Shown: one piece after another, positions 1 to 13,030 of the stretch
Layout of the letters: each line of letters opens with the position of its first letter
Position numbering within the stretch: position 1 is the first letter of the stretch
Source of the DNA: Anthoceros angustus
Taxonomy: Eukaryota; Plantae; Anthocerotophyta
Reading direction: 5' to 3'
Assembly (NCBI GenBank): GCA_010909165.1
Contig: VJWM01000182.1
Coordinates: 372,001-436,000 of the forward strand
Length of the DNA stretch: 64,000 nt
The notes under the pieces: model-generated
What the model was told of the DNA's origin: nothing
Databases searched by the model: none
What the model saw: the letters and a program-made list of their open reading frames with translations, nothing else
Made by a program: the position numbers and the translations under genes

Positions 1-1542
1 TCTCATCCGAATTCGAATCAACCCACCGTGGGACTGTCGCCGCAGTAATTCACAATGAGCTCCACTGGCATCAGACCTTTGCTTTCCTGCAGAGGAGCAG
101 AGCAGCAACCGTTACGACCGATCAAGCCTGCGTGTTCTGCGTCATCACTGAAGCTGAACCCACCCATGACACAGCTTGGGACAGGAGAGCATTAAACAAC
201 ACAAAAGAATCAAGAAACGATAAATTACCAAGAACTTCTCACAGTTCTTCGTATTCCACCAAGCTTCCCCCACGCCATCCACGACTCCAGAGCCTTGCAG
301 CGACATGTCGTGGAGTTTGGCGAACTCCAGCCATTGCAGCAACTTCTCTGTGGCTGGCTTCCAGTCAACTGGGCTCTTGGGTGCCCGGAGGATCCCATCC
401 ACCTACAGGTACACATATGATATTGCACAGGGAGTTGAGGAGCCTTCTCACATGAGTGAGCTACAGGATATGACATGGACTACATGATATGGAAAGAAAA
501 CAAGCAGGTGACCGAATCTGGATTGTGGCCATACCTGAAACACAATGTTGGGCTGGCAAGGCCCCATGAAGAGGATGGGCCCGATCACGAATGTGTACCC
601 CTGTGGGGCCAGCAACACGCCCTGGTATGTTTGGCATGCCGACAACCAAGCAGATTGGAAGGCCTGCAGCACACAATTTTGAACAATTGTCGGTGAGTAC
701 AGATCATACGCAAACCTCAGGTCCTGCTCCTGGTCCACCACAATCGACTTCGCACATAGAATTGATGGACAGAGCAGCATGATTCAATGCGGGTGGAAGA
801 AAGAGGGGCGGCTGCGCCTGCTGCCCAGTACCTCAGTGTCATCTGCCTGGCCGTCGCCCTTGGCTCCGAAGGCCAGCACGCTGAAGACATTGCGAGCAGC
901 AGGAGGGTGAGGTCCCGGAGGCGAGTTGTAGTGCGGGGAGGCGGATGGCGGGGGAGGAGGCGGGTGACTCTTGGGTGCCTTGGGTGCCTTGGGTGCTTTG
1001 GGCTTGTCGAGAGGAGGAGGAGGGAAGGGAGAGGGAGACGGGGAGGAATGCTTTGGAGGTGGAGGAGGCGGGCGCGGAGTAGCTCGGGGCGGGGCCGGCG
1101 GGGGCGACGGGTCTTCCAAGGCCTTCTTCTGCTTCTTCTTGTGCTTGCCTCCCTTGGCGTGGTGGCCTTGCCCCGCCTTGTGATGGCCCGTTCCGGACGA
1201 GTGCCCGCCGGACGACACAGTCGCCAGGATTCTGTGCAACAGAGACGGCTTCGGTCCGGGGCGCAATTCCGTGTCCCTGTGTCTGCCCCCGTGGGCTGCC
1301 GACTCCCCCGGCAGCGGGACTGCGGAGATGGAGCTGTATCTTCTGAGAGCGTGCGCGGAAGGCAGTCCTGGGAGTGCTGGCCTGTGGAAATCGGATTGGG
1401 AGGATTCCACATCCCGATCGCGAGCCTCGACACCGGAAAGACGCAAACAGGTAAGGATGCACGGTAGGAGCACCAGGACCAGTCCCTGCTGCGGGCGGCG
1501 TCGGCCGTGACCACTGCAGCAGCAGACGGAGGACTGTGCCAT
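1..1542 (-). CDS. Polygalacturonase (GH28) with signal-like segment and His/Lys- and Pro-rich N-terminal extension; multi-exon, 3' part lies beyond the left edge
   Basis: Exon peptides NVFSVLAFGAKGDGQADDTE / AFQSAWLSAC...FVIGPILFMGPCQPNIVFQ / DGILRAP...LQWLEF...GSGVVDGVGEAWW / ESKGLMPVELIVNYCGDSPT (86..27), separated by GT-AG introns, match the N-terminal half of plant GH28 enzymes. Catalytic motifs are outside the window. Confidence 0.88.
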
Positions 1543-2329
1543 GTCGGAAAATGGAAGCCTGGAAGCCTGGAAGCTCTTCTACTCTGCTGTGGTGCGAGGC
1601 AGCCGCGTTAGCCTACACTGACTAGCACTACAGTCTGAGGAATACTCGGACGAGGAGGAGGAGGAAGCAGAGGGACGGAACTGAAGCTACCTGTAGCTAC
1701 CGAGCTACCTACAATCTAGGCATTCAATGAATGACAAGAGCAACATCGTAGCGACGTGTTCCCGAATGCACCACGACCTACCATGGTCAATGTGGCGGTC
1801 ATCCGCCTGGCCCGGCAGAGTGCGGAAAAGGGTGCCTGAGATGATGGAAGGAGGGATGGCAGCCGCAGCAGCAGCAGCCTTCGCAGCCTTCGCAGCCTTC
1901 GCAGAGGTCTAGGCTGAAGACAGATAGAAAGAGCGGCGGCAGGCTTTTATTGTCCAGAATTCAAGAGCCGGGGCCGGGCTCCCCTTCGTTCGTGAATGCA
2001 CCACATGTCAGCCTGGGATGGCGAACGGGATAGGTGCAACGACACACGAGACTGTCTGAGAGCCGGAAGTGAAGTCGCACACGTCCCAACGGTAGTCGCT
2101 CAACCCAAGGAGCCTAGGCCTGAAAGGAGAGGCGGCTGCTCTGCTGCAAAGGAGATCACGGGCGGGCTTCCAACACCGAGGGCCCCGTCCCGACTCCCGA
2201 CTCCCGACTCCAGACTGCCCCGCTCTGGCTGGGGGAAAGCGTTAAGAATGCAGATGGAGGGAAGTGGCCTTGGCAGCGATTTGGGGCCACTCAAACGGCA
2301 GCAGTCCGTATGCAAAAGGGTGAGGCTGA

Positions 2330-2515
2330 GAGCTGGAGGCGGAGGCGGAGGCGGAGGAGGAGGAAGAGGAAGAGGAAGAGAAGATTAAGGAAGAGGCTAG
2401 CCGGAGAGGTGCCTGGGCCTGGGACTGGAAAGGCTGCTAAAACACAGCTGCAGCTGCTGCTGCTGCTGCTGCTCCTTCTGCTCCAACTGCTGCAGAAACA
2501 GCAGCTGCTGCTGCC
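2330..2515. repeat. Low-complexity (GGA/GGC/GGAAGA)n and (CTG)n microsatellite tract
   Basis: Directly visible purine-rich and CTG triplet runs, which explain the spurious poly-R/poly-L/poly-A ORFs here. Confidence 0.8.
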
Positions 2516-3339
2516 GCGGCAGGAGCAATCACGCACCTCCTCTGATGGAGGCAGAGTGTCCAGGCACCGGCCTGATCAGAGCCAGTCCTGGCGCCAGGAC
2601 ACATAACCGGCGAGGCAAAGCGGCCAACTGACACCGGCGTGGGGCCCGGCCGGGAGCCTTCCCGAAGCGTCCTTGTCGCGGAGCGGAGGCCGCCACGGGG
2701 GGAGGCTGTTCCCATCTCTGCCCCCCCGCACCGCCACTCGACCGCCCATCATGCCCAATCACGCCTTCACGGAAGCCGTGTTAGCGTCATACACAAGTGC
2801 TCGTGCCCCGTGCCCCGTGCACCGGCCTCGCCTAATGGGCTACCGGACCCCGGAATCTCCATGTTGGACCACCACTACAGACTGGTACTCTACTCTGACA
2901 AATCCATCCGACAAGCCGCTCCAGGCAAGCAAGCGACTGCCAGCAGCCATGGCATAGATGCTGTGGTTTGTGTTGGGCGGACTGACATCTGGGTCAGGTT
3001 AGACCGCCCACCAGCACGATGTAAACAGAGAGCATACCGAGGGCCAGCCCCGTTAACATTAAAACTGGACAACAACAACAAGGATATGGAACCGTTATCA
3101 TGGACGCGTTCTACCCAGTTGCACTGCACGCCAGCAAGCATCTTACATCTCAGCGACTGCGGCTCAGGGATAGGGCAAAGGACTCCCTGGCCCACAACCT
3201 ACCACAACCGTGTAAACTACAGCACAGACAACCAATTCGATGCAGGATTAGAAAAACGATAATCAAGTGTCCCGACAACACAGAGGAGACCACATAATCA
3301 ACAGCAGATGGGACCGTGATGGCCGAAAGGTGAATGCCA

Positions 3340-5562
3340 TCACTCTGCTACACGGGAAGGGGAAGGAGACGGACTCCTGCTTCGACCAGGGCTTGGGCCC
3401 TGGGCACCTGGACTCCTGCTTCCAGCAACCGCCGGGCTTGGGCTCCCACCCGTAGCTGGGCTGGGGCTGCTGGGTGCCCAAGTCTCTCGCTTCTCTGCTG
3501 GGCTGGCCGCTGGGCTGGGGCTTCTAGGGCTCCTGGGGCTCCTGGGGCTCCTCGGGCTCCTGGGACTCCTGGAACTCCTGGGGTTCCTAGGGCTCCTCGG
3601 ACTCCTGGGGCTCCTGCCCGCCCCAGGGCTGGCCCAGCCGGGGCTGCGATTCACCACTGGGCTGGGGCTCCGCATGGCTACAGGGCTTGCCTCTCGCGCA
3701 ACCGGGCTACGGGTGGGACTTCCATCTCGTTCCATCTCCTTGGCTGGGCTCATGCTCACATCTCCCAGACCCTTCCCATTGTTATCCACAGGGGCAGGGG
3801 ACGGACTCCGCCCTTTCCTCTGCTGGGGGCTGAAACTTCGGCTGCGACTACGAGTACGCTTGCCTTTCTCCTCCTTCACAGGGCTACGCGGGGCCCGCTC
3901 CCTCTTTGGTGACCGGCTGCACCCCCCAACCACATGACATCAACAGTCAAGTCAGAACAGGCTTTATAACGAAAAACAGATGGCAATGCTGCTCATCATA
4001 AAACACTCTGAAGTAGCTGGCCAAACACATGCCTGCGGCTCCTGCTCCGAGAGTAGCTCCTGCTGCGGCTGCGGCTGCGGGCGCGCTCACGTGATCGTGA
4101 ACGCGATGGTGATCGGGATGCACTGCATAAACAAACACGCCTCCCATGTCACCACAGATGCACGAAGCTGACATGCACCACCGGAATCACCACCACGGAT
4201 GACCATGTACCTGTTATAAGGTCTTGGACTGTTCCGGCAGTTCCTTTCGATATGACCACGCTGGCCACAACGGTAGCACTTGTCCCTCCAGTCACCAGCC
4301 TTGCAATCACGGGCCCAGTGCCCATCATTACCACAGTTGTAACAGCGACCAGTCCCGGGAGGTGGCCCTCTCCCAAGGTACTCCCGAACACCACCAGGAC
4401 CTCGAGGACCCTGCTTGCGAGAAACATGTCAAGACACAACTGTCAAGATGCAGAATTCCAGTGCGACTGTATTCAAGGAAGTCACATTAGTTCCTCGTGA
4501 CAGGCTCACCCTCCTGGCAAACTCAACAACAAGTCGACTCCCTTCAAAGTCCCTTCCATTCAGGTAATGCCTGGCCTCGTCTGCATCCCGAGGATCACCA
4601 AATTCCTGCACGCTCTGAAAAGATCAGCAACCCTAGAAATGCAAATCGCAACTTGCTACCACCTGTCTTTTTTTTTTTCTCTGCCACATCCTGCAAAGTG
4701 ACATAGGAAATCACTTGGAAGAAGAGCATTCCAACACTGAGCTCAAAACCAATCACATGTCAGCAAGCACACAACGGAGCAAACACAAGGAAGGGGGAGT
4801 GATACACACAACGAAGGCAAAGTCGTGCTTCAGATCCACGTCTCGCACTCTGCGGGAAAGGCGTGCCAAAAAAGACCAGCGCACCACGTCAAGGCATGTC
4901 ACGTTACACCGGGCGTCAGTTGAATCAAACACCATTATCCACCCTCGCCAATCCATGTCTGCATGTTACAACTTTACAGACAGATGGCCTAGATGCTCCA
5001 GTCTCCCATGCCCTTCGCGAGTAAGGGCCACCAACATACCACCAAGGCCACCCTCTCACCATAGACCTCCTGGCCGGGCGAGAACCCACCAACCTTCAAG
5101 AACATCATGCGAGTTAACGCTTAGCCCTACTTCAACTACTGTATCCACTTACCGTAACAAATCAAACCGTCCTGCTCTGTGCCACCCGTAAGTAAAACCT
5201 GTGGCGCAATGTATCACCAGCTGAGATGCATAACCCACCACAGGGCCACCATTCTCAACATGTGAAGAAGATCAGTCCCCAGCCATGAGGTCATTACTTG
5301 CCCGCTTCCTTGCATCACCCTCGACCTCTCATTCACTCAACCGGCCACCCGCCCGCGGCCATGGCCCCTCCCCTCGTTTTTGCATTTGCCGTGCACCGAC
5401 CTCAAAGCACCTTCCGTGCGTGCAACAAACAGGAGTCGGGGGAAAGGTGTAGGAGAGAGCTAGTTACCTGCCATACTTGTTGAAGAGATCTTCCAGGTCT
5501 CGGCTCCGCGTCCGGCTGGACAAGCGGCCGACGTAGAGCCGCGTTGGGCCTCCCCGAGGCAT
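3340..5562 (-). CDS. RS2Z: Serine/arginine-rich splicing factor of the plant RS2Z subfamily (RRM, two CCHC zinc knuckles, RS/SP tail)
   Basis: Exon 1 5562..5468 [31 protein letters not shown]; exon 2 4849..4810 [14 protein letters not shown]; exon 3 [31 protein letters not shown]; exon 4 with [14 protein letters not shown] and [14 protein letters not shown]; then an RS exon and an SP-rich last exon ending at 3340. Confidence 0.93.
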
Positions 5563-6254
5563 CTTGGCGGCTGCGGCTGCTGCTGAGGGCACGGCGGGCA
5601 GAGCTCCGGCTCCGGCTCCGGCTGTGGCTGTGGCCGCGGCTGCTCACGCTCGAGGCGCGGCCTCTGTGGTTTGAGCGCAGCAGCAGCCTCGTCTCCTCTC
5701 GCCGCTCACTCGGCCGACTCCATGCCGGAACCGCATGCCATCTCCCAACGCTCTCACCACCGATTCCCCCTTCAAACCCTGCCACCACTTTCTTATCTGG
5801 TCGGTTACAAACTTCACTCCATCTCAGCCGTCCTTCCCGCCTCCACCGTCCGATGCAACCCTGATTTTACCGACCACACTGTAACAATACCCGTCCCCAG
5901 GTTGACACGTTTTAAGTGTTTACAATATTCTCCATGTACCGTGGCATAGGTACATATGTACATTCCTCGCTGGAAAGGAATTCATAGCTCAGGGGGATAT
6001 GAGAAAGTTGCCTTACGAATGTCGACGCCAATCATAGGCCATTCCGCATTAGTGAACCCTAGAATCACACTGATTTCGATACAAAGGCAGCCGATTTGGA
6101 TTTTTCGGAAGCCGTTTCTCATCGAACATACCCTAATTTAAGTTATTGAATGCCTCGAAATGGCGCCGTTTGATTCGCAGCGTGTTTTTCCATTCGGTTA
6201 GGCCAAATGGACACACATTACTTCGAGCAGTACTTAGATGGGGTGCTTAGAGGG

Positions 6255-6371
6255 AGTGGATGCCCTTTGGTGCTAGTAGCTTAGGCACACCATGGTATAA
6301 GTTGTCAAGAACCAAGTCCCATGAAGAAAATTCGTCCTTAGTGGACTTCAATAAAATTCTTCTTCTTCTCC
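6255..6371 (+). mobile_element. Short dispersed repeat ending in a (TTC)n tail, probable non-LTR retroelement/SINE 3' end; copies also at ~8148-8262 (+) and 41172-41300 (-)
   Basis: GGATGCCCTTTGGTGC...ACACCATGGTA...AAGTCCCATGA...TTCGTCC..AGTGGACT...(TTC)n is shared with the reverse complement of 41172-41300. Confidence 0.6.
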
Positions 6372-7368
6372 ACCATTTGGCATGTATTTGCATAGTGTTT
6401 GGGTTCTGTAAAGCTGAAGCAAACTCCTTTTTGAACTCCTTTTTGAGGACCAACTAGTTGTCTACAAAACCTTGGCCTCTACAGCTCTTTCATCCCTCTT
6501 GCTACTAGCCCTCTTCCATCTCCATTTCCTCTTTTATTTCTATTTGAGCTGCTATCTTGCTCAAAGTCCAAAGCTAACTCTTCCCTCGGGAGAAAGTCAA
6601 TGTAGCTTCAGACTGTGCATGGAAGGGATCAAAAATGGCATATCCTACCTTAGATCAATTCAACATGAGAATAACTCAAGAGTGTAGGACATTGAATATT
6701 CCGGGTTTTTTCAAAGTTTTCTTTCTGAAGGCAGCAAGCCAGGGTCTCGCTGATATGATCCACCGTAGAGTTGCCATAGGGGTTGCCATCTCAGCGGGTA
6801 GGCCTAAGGCTTCTCTTGCTCTTGCTGCCTCTTGTTGGCTCCTCTCATAAATGGATCTTGATGGATGGTTGTGTTTCGATTATCCTAATTGAATAGTATG
6901 GTCTATTACTCGAACTAGGAAGCCTGTACTCCGAACTTGGTATCATAAAACCTCATACTTGAACTTGATATCTTTACAAAAGCTCGAGAAGGTAAGAAAA
7001 CTGGGAAGGAAAGGGGTGGACCGTAAGAGAAAAGAGAGAGAGTGTGGGCCCAGGAGATGAATGGAACTAAGAGAAAGGAGAGAGTAGGGAAAAGGTAAGC
7101 CACATGCCTACGGCCTATAAACGATCAGTGAGAGATGAAAAATTGGAGTGAATAATTAAGTCATGTCATGTGAAGAAGATCAGTCCCCAGCCATGAGGTC
7201 ATTACTTGCCCGCTTCCTTGCATCACCCTCGACCTCTCATTCACTCAACCGGCCACCCGCCCGCGGCCATGGCCCCTCCCTCGTTTTTGCATTTGCACTG
7301 ACCTCAAAGCACCTTCCGTGCGTGCAACAAACAGGAGTCGGGGAAAGGTGTAGGAGAGAGCTAGTTAC

Positions 7369-7462
7369 CTGCCATACTTGTTGAAGAGATCTTCCAGGTC
7401 TCGGCTCCGCGTCCGGCTGGACAAGCGGCCGACGTAGAGCCGCGTTGGGCCTCCCGAGGCAT
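7369..7462 (-). pseudogene. Duplicated RS2Z exon 1 with an apparent 1-nt frameshift
   Basis: CTCCCGAGGCAT here versus CTCCCCGAGGCAT in the gene-linked copy; downstream exons are not duplicated. Confidence 0.7.
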
Positions 7463-9988
7463 CTTGGCGGCTGCGGCTGCTGCTGAGGGCACGGCGGGCA
7501 GAGCTCCTCCGGCTCCGGCTGTGGCTGTGGCCGCGGCTGCTCACGCTCGAGGCGCGGCCTCTGTGGTTTGAGCGCAGCAGCAGCCTCGTCTCCTCTCGCC
7601 GCTCACTCGGCCGACTCCATGCCGGAACCGCATGCCATCTCCCAACGCTCTCACCACCGATTCCCCTTCAAACCCTGCCACCACTTTCTTATCTGGTCGG
7701 TTACAAACTTCACTCCATCTCAGCCGTCCTTCCCGCCTCCACCGTCCGATGCAACCCTGATTTTACCGACCACACTGTAACAATACCGTCCCCAGGTTGA
7801 CACGTTTTAAGTGTTTACAATATTCTCCATGTACCGTGGCATAGGTACATATGTACATTCCTCGCTGGAAAGGAATTCATAGCTCAGGGGATATGAGAAA
7901 GTTGCCTTACGAATGTCGACGCCAATCATAGGCCATTCCGCATTAGTGAACCCTAGAATCACACTGATTTCGATACAAAGGCAGCCGATTTGGATTTTTC
8001 GGAAGCCGTTTCTCATCGAACATACCCTAATTTAAGTTATTGAATGCCTCGAAATGGCGCCGTTTGATTCGCAGCGTGTTTTTCCATTCGGTTAGGCCAA
8101 ATGGACACACATTACTTGAGCAGTACTTAGATGGGGTGCTTAGAGGAGTGGATGCCCTTTGGTGCTAGTAGCTTAGGCACACCATGGTATAAGTTGTCAA
8201 GAACCAAGTCCCATGAAGAAAATTCGTCCTTAGTGGACTTCAATAAAATTCTTCTTCTTCTCCACCATTTGGCATGTATTTGCATAGTGTTTGGGTTCAG
8301 AAGTCAAGCAAACTCCTTTTTGAACTCCTTTTGAGGACCAACTAGTTGTCTACAAAACCTTGGCCTCTACAGCTCTTTCATCCCTCTTGCTACTAGCCCT
8401 CTTCCATCTCCATTTCCTCTTTTATTTCTATTTGAGCTGCTATCTTGCTCAAAGTCCAAAGCTAACTCTTCCCTCGGGAGAAAGTCAATGTAGCTTCAGA
8501 CTGTGCATGGAAGGGATCAAAAATGGCATATCCTACCTTAGATCAATTCAACATGAGAATAACTCAAGAGTGTAGGACATTGAATATTCCGGGTTTTTTC
8601 AAAGTTTTCTTTCTGACAAGCGGTCTCTGATATGATCCACGTAGAGTTGCCATAGGGGTTGCCATCTCAGCGGGTAGGCCTAAGGCTTCTCTTGCTCTTG
8701 CTGCCTCTTGTTGGCTCCTCTCATAAATGGATCTTGATGGATGGTTGTGTTTCGATTATCCTAATTGAATAGTATGGTCTATTACTCTGAACTAGGAAGC
8801 CCTGGTACTCCCGAACTTGGTATCTGTACAAAACCTCATACTTGAACTTGATATCTTTACAAAAGCTCGTAGAAGGTAAGAAAAACTGGGGAAGGAAAGG
8901 GGGGGGTGTGGACCGGGGCGAAGAGAAAGAGAGAGAGTGTGGGCCCAGGAGATGAATGGAACTAAGAGAAAGGAGAGAGTAGGGAAAAGGTAAGCCACAT
9001 GCCTACGGCCTATAAACGATCAGTGAGAGATGAAAAATTGGAGTGAATAATTAAGTCATGTCATGTGCTAGCGGTTAGTAAGCGATCAATGGGTAAGAGA
9101 TGAAAAATCGGCTTAGGTTGACAAGAGGTAAAAGATTACTTGGTGTAGGGAGGTGGACAGGACACTCCTCCAAGGAGATAGGAGAAAAGAGTGAGTGGTT
9201 AGAGGGAGGCGAAACCAATTAGTACTTGGGGACCCATTGAGAAAGTGCACCCAATCCAATGAATTGTACATGTTAAATAGAAATTTCCAAAAAACCCTGG
9301 ACCCAATATGGAAGTGTAGGAAGTTCTTGACAAGAAGGGAGTAAAATAAGGAGTGGTAGGAGTGAGAAAGATCTTGCAGACTGTGGGGAGAAGAAGTCAT
9401 TAAGCCGGAGATTAGAGGAAGATGCTAATCGGGGAGAGGGATCTTGAGACGTTCTTACATCCCTACCGAAGAGCGGGTTGACCAGTGGGCATGGGTGCCC
9501 GCAAGAGCCGGGAAAAGAAATGCCCTCAATGTCTTATGGCAGACTCTAGCCAACAGCGGTAAGAGCAGTCGTGGTATTGAGTGTAGTGGCATAATTCTGA
9601 TCAAAGTGATAATGGGCTGGTTCTTTTATGTTGTATTCTCAGAATCCGTTAGGACATTCTTGTTCATGAGGGCGAATAATGGGGAGTGATTAGAGACTAC
9701 AGAGATGGGGTAAGTGCTACAATTTTAACCCCTAACTGGGAGGCCTTTTGTTACCAATTTCATAGGGATTCTCTCGCCCACTTAGACCAGACCCCATGGG
9801 ATTGCATGTGAGATTACTTTGGACGCAGGCACTGTTCCGAGCCATTCACTATTTTTCAACGAGTGTCTATCTAAATTAGCCATTGTCAAAGGTATTGCTT
9901 TTCTTGATCGATTTGCCAACATATTTTTCTTATGTATTATTTTCTAATACTAAAAGAGAGAGATCTATATTAGAATAAATAATCATAA

Positions 9989-10110
9989 GGAAGCTACTTA
10001 TATAAAAATGAGATGATTTATTGAGGTGAAAGAACGATGGAAAGAGACCATCTAGGAAGGGACAATAAATGGGGATCCCGGGGTCGGCATCCCGGGGAAG
10101 CTACTTATAT
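9989..10110 (-). mobile_element. 92-bp insertion flanked by a perfect 15-bp target-site duplication; probable 5'-truncated non-LTR element end
   Basis: GGAAGCTACTTATAT at 9989-10003 and 10096-10110. The insert resembles the terminal region of the element at 49650-49690 (TTTATTG...GATGG...CCATC). Confidence 0.6.
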
Positions 10111-10604
10111 TGGCAATCCATGGTTTCTTTTTCAATATACAGGTTGCACTATTTAATGCTTGAAGCTCATTGTTTGAGGATCATCGATAGGGCTGTGTAA
10201 GGGATGTGGAGCTTCTTAGGTTGCGAGAGGAATTGGTTCAACATTCAGATATAGCCTTAAGGGACAATATATAATCGGTTAAGCAACACGTCCAGGCTGA
10301 GTTCACTGCCATCCTTGAATACAACTTTGTTCACTTCGCAACGTTTAAATTCGCATTTGAATGTATAAACCAGCTTACGTGTGTCCAATTAGCGAATGAA
10401 GGCTCAGAGAGATACCGACATAATCCCAAAGAGGTGGTGAGATGAAATAAAGAAGTGTTGCACTGTGCACCAGTGAGCACCAGCGCCCGCCTCGCCAAGA
10501 GATCTATCTTTCTTGAGCCCACGCACTTCCTTCCTTGAAAAATTGGGAGTTGCCATTGTTGCTGTACTACGCAGGAAGGCGCTCAAATTCTACCAGACCA
10601 TTCT

Positions 10605-13030
10605 ATGAACACAATGGGTCGACATCATGAATTTATTATGTTTTGCACCATGTCGGCAATAAAGGCATTAATCGTTGCAACGTTTGTCGCCCTTTTGCTC
10701 ACTCTAGAACTTTGTCGGAGAAACGTGTATGGCTCTACTACAATGCATGTACATTTTGACAGTACGCTATCCATATCGATCTTTAATGTTATGGATTACG
10801 GCGCGGTTGGCAATGGAGTGTCCGACGACACTCACGTAAGTTGTACTTTGTCTCAAACTTTTTTTTGTAAAATGAATATTTTATTCTGTAAGGCTCATGT
10901 TATGTGGGTCCAAAGGGCATATCACATCGTATTGAAGTCCATAGATTGTGGCTGATGCTGTCTCTGGAAGTCACAGAAGAAGCCTATTAACATGGGAGTA
11001 CTTGTGATGGTGTAGGCATTCTTAAGTGCATGGCAAGCTGCTTGCGCGTGTGAGTGCAATGCTTCAGTGATTATCCCTGATGGAAAGTTTCTTGTTGGCC
11101 CTAATGTCATCCTGGATGGCTCAAAGTGTCAATCAAGCATCACTTTGCAGGTAATCAATTTTTTTTTTATCAATATGAGCAGAAATTAAATAACTATATG
11201 TATATATATGTGATTATGTTTTCAAATTTCAGGTCGATGGAACCCTTGTCGCTCCCGCAAATCCAGATGCCTGGAATGGCGATGCCGTAAATGCAAATAC
11301 ATGGATCAAAATCATTAAAATGGATTCTCTTGTGCTCACTGGAAGTGGCACCATCGATGGGAGTGGCCAAAATTGGTGGGCTCAATCTTGCAAAATCAAT
11401 CCAACTAATGTGAGACACTAATACCCTTTAATTCTATTTTGAAGTCCATCTAAATGAACTGGTACCTAATGCATCTAAAAAATTGCTTTTGACTTTGCAG
11501 CCATGCTTGAGAGCTCCGCGGGTAAGAATAATAATATTATTTATTATTTATTTTTTACCCATGTATAAAAAACTTAAATGTATTATTTCTTCATGAATTT
11601 TATATTTTTGAATTTGATCATAGTAGCATGAAGCTAACTTTGCTTCCTTGCCCGGTTAATATAATATGTTTCTTGCAGGCAATATTTATCACTAAAAGTT
11701 CAAATGTGTTGGTTAGCCATCTTACATTTTTGAACTCCCCGTCAATGCACTTGGACTTCAATTATTGTAGCAATGTGACGGCCACAAACCTTCAATTTTT
11801 AGCTCCTGAAAGCTCTCCAAACACAGATGGCATTCATCTGCAGGAGACTTCTAATGTCATCATCCAGAACTGCTCTATTCAAACAGGTTTTTAAGTTAGA
11901 ACTAAAATTTGATAACTCTGCATTTTATTTTTTGACAAATTTGTATGATATCGAAATGCAAATTATGCTGAATTCAAAGACTTGTGGCTCTTAGGGGATG
12001 ATTGCATCTCGATCCAAACTGGGTCGAACAATGTACAAATTCAAAATGTTAGTTGCGGGCCTGGGCATGGCATAAGGTAAGCTGAAAATTGGATGAACAT
12101 GATGGTGGGCATGAAGGTTCACATCGTTTAGTAATTAAAACTTATATGCTTTCACCTATATTCAACGTAGATTACTAATCAAATAAATACTAAAGTTGTC
12201 ACAGTCGTGAGCAATCATTGTCGAAACTCAATTGTGTAAAGCAATGTATTTGTTATATCAAATTATCCTAATGGGCCTTACATGCATATGCAGTATTGGT
12301 GGCTTGGGTAAGGACAACTCCTATGCCCAAGTTACCAATGTGGTCGTGCAGGATGTCAACATGTCAAGCTCCACCAATGGGCTTAGAATTAAGTCTTGGC
12401 AAGTGAGTGTCTCTTTCATGATATCCAGGCTGCTTCATTGATACTAGTTAGCTGATACTACTAATCTTTTACTAAAGAAAAAAACATTTAAAGTTGATTT
12501 TTACCATATATGTAAACTTGAGTAGAATATTTCAATCTTTCACTGGTTGCATGTGATGCTTGTAGGGAGGCTCTGGGTTGGTCAATAATGTATCATACTC
12601 CTCTGTGTACATGAATAATGTGACAAACCCGATCATTGTGGACCAATATTATTGCGACTCGAAGGTTCCTTGTACAAACCAGGTGCGGTATTGTGAATGA
12701 CTACTTTGCATATTTTTGCTACGTATGCACATTTTCTTATCCATCAAGCCAAAAAAAGGGGAACCCATCCCGTAAGAGAAATCTAACTTTACAACCTTGA
12801 AACAGTCATCGGCCGTGAAGATTACCAATGTGCGATACGAGAACATATGGGGAACATCCGCGACCCCAGTAGCCGTAAACATAATGTGCAGTGAGAATGT
12901 GTCCTGTGAAGGTATTGTATTGGATAATATTTACCTCACTCAGGATGCAAAACAATCTGCCTCTTCAATCTGCGAAAATGCTATGGGGTCATCAAAAGGT
13001 CAAGTTATACCCCCTAGTTGCTTAGACTAA
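10605..13030 (+). CDS. Polygalacturonase (GH28), apparently intact, 9 exons
   Basis: Hydrophobic N-terminus; [17 protein letters not shown]; all four GH28 motifs present ([26 protein letters not shown]); C-terminal ...[10 protein letters not shown]; GT-AG introns in compatible phases. The start codon could be one of several nearby ATGs. Confidence 0.93.

Larger units (their letters stand above)
5259..9067. repeat. ~1.9-kb direct tandem duplication (5259..7166 and 7167..9061) containing RS2Z exon 1 and its upstream region
   Basis: Near-identical copies differing mainly by small indels. CATGTG occurs at the start (5259), junction (7167) and end (9062). Confidence 0.95.

Noticed and set aside
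717-3937. Long alternative-frame and antisense ORFs over the polygalacturonase, RS2Z and microsatellite regions
   Set aside because: Explained by high GC and low complexity as shadows of real exons.
5880-6251. Possible solo LTR (TGTAAC...GGGGTGCTTAGA)
   Set aside because: Right end is not CA and no target-site duplication is visible.
9113-9960. Degenerate retroelement-like coding remnants
   Set aside because: Only vague similarity (e.g. IFQRVSI) with many stops; too decayed to assign by eye.
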